Below are positions 63,939 to 64,000 of a stretch of DNA of 64,000 nucleotides, one piece after another. The notes beneath the pieces are model-generated. The model did no database searches and had not been told where the DNA came from. It was given only the letters and a program-made list of their open reading frames with translations. Made by a program: the position numbers and the translations under genes. Numbering within the stretch: the first letter of the stretch is position 1; every line of letters begins with the position of its first letter. Where the stretch lies: the NCBI GenBank assembly GCA_965247635.1, contig CBDFHJ010000008.1, positions 135,653 to 199,652 of the forward strand, written 5' to 3'. The stretch is from Dehalococcoidia bacterium. GTDB taxonomy: Bacteria > Chloroflexota > Dehalococcoidia > Lucifugimonadales > Australimonadaceae.

Positions 63939-64000
63939 GGTGGCCAGGGCCATTTCCCTATACTATGGGTACAGGGTTCCTTCGATTTGTCTGAGGAGAT

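Overview
High-GC bacterial chromosomal segment (GC not computed) with about 60 protein-coding genes. I found no rRNA, tRNA or CRISPR array. All calls rest on hand translation and motif recognition. No BLAST or HMM search was possible, and many start codons are uncertain because high-GC ORFs run long upstream. Thr/Pro-rich lipoprotein linkers, a SUF-only Fe-S locus, an archaeal-type apgM and a stripped-down dcw cluster hint at a Chloroflexota/Thermomicrobia-like organism; this is only an impression. Main blocks: (1) 1-12 kb housekeeping genes: AI-2E transporter, DUF255 thioredoxin-domain protein, NifS-like desulfurase, speH-speB, cinA, acyl-CoA desaturase. These are interrupted by an AT-richer hicB-hicA island. 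(2) 12-17 kb accessory patch: a 750-bp gene-less stretch, an IS256-family element with an intact direct repeat, a cupredoxin-like gene and a 572-aa orphan lipoprotein. (3) 17-22.3 kb: a tightly coupled coaE / CbbQ-NorQ AAA+ / CoA-pyrophosphatase-type Nudix / 1066-aa VWA (CbbO-NorD-like) unit. (4) mutS2, a CDF transporter and sufBCDSU. (5) 32-37 kb sugar-type operon (2-hydroxyacid dehydrogenase, FGGY kinase, class II aldolase/epimerase, SDR) with an AT-rich PD-(D/E)xK-like gene wedged in. (6) 37-49 kb hopanoid locus: yjbQ-hpnC-hpnD-hpnE, shc, hpnA, hpnG, hpnH and a polyprenyl synthase. (7) mraZ-rsmH-ftsA-ftsZ. (8) tsaC, a degenerate polyprenyl-synthase paralog, pgk-apgM-tpiA, miaA, dapF. Most interesting observations: an in-frame TGA exactly at the first Cys position of a thioredoxin-fold CxxC motif in a lipoprotein (candidate U-P-A-C selenoprotein, or a fresh pseudogene); the AAA+/Nudix/VWA operon with no recognisable client gene nearby; palindromic operators overlapping the -10 of the hicBA promoter; a 3 x 12-bp tandem repeat/uORF abutting the ftsZ Shine-Dalgarno; and several families of palindromic MITE/REP-like intergenic repeats.
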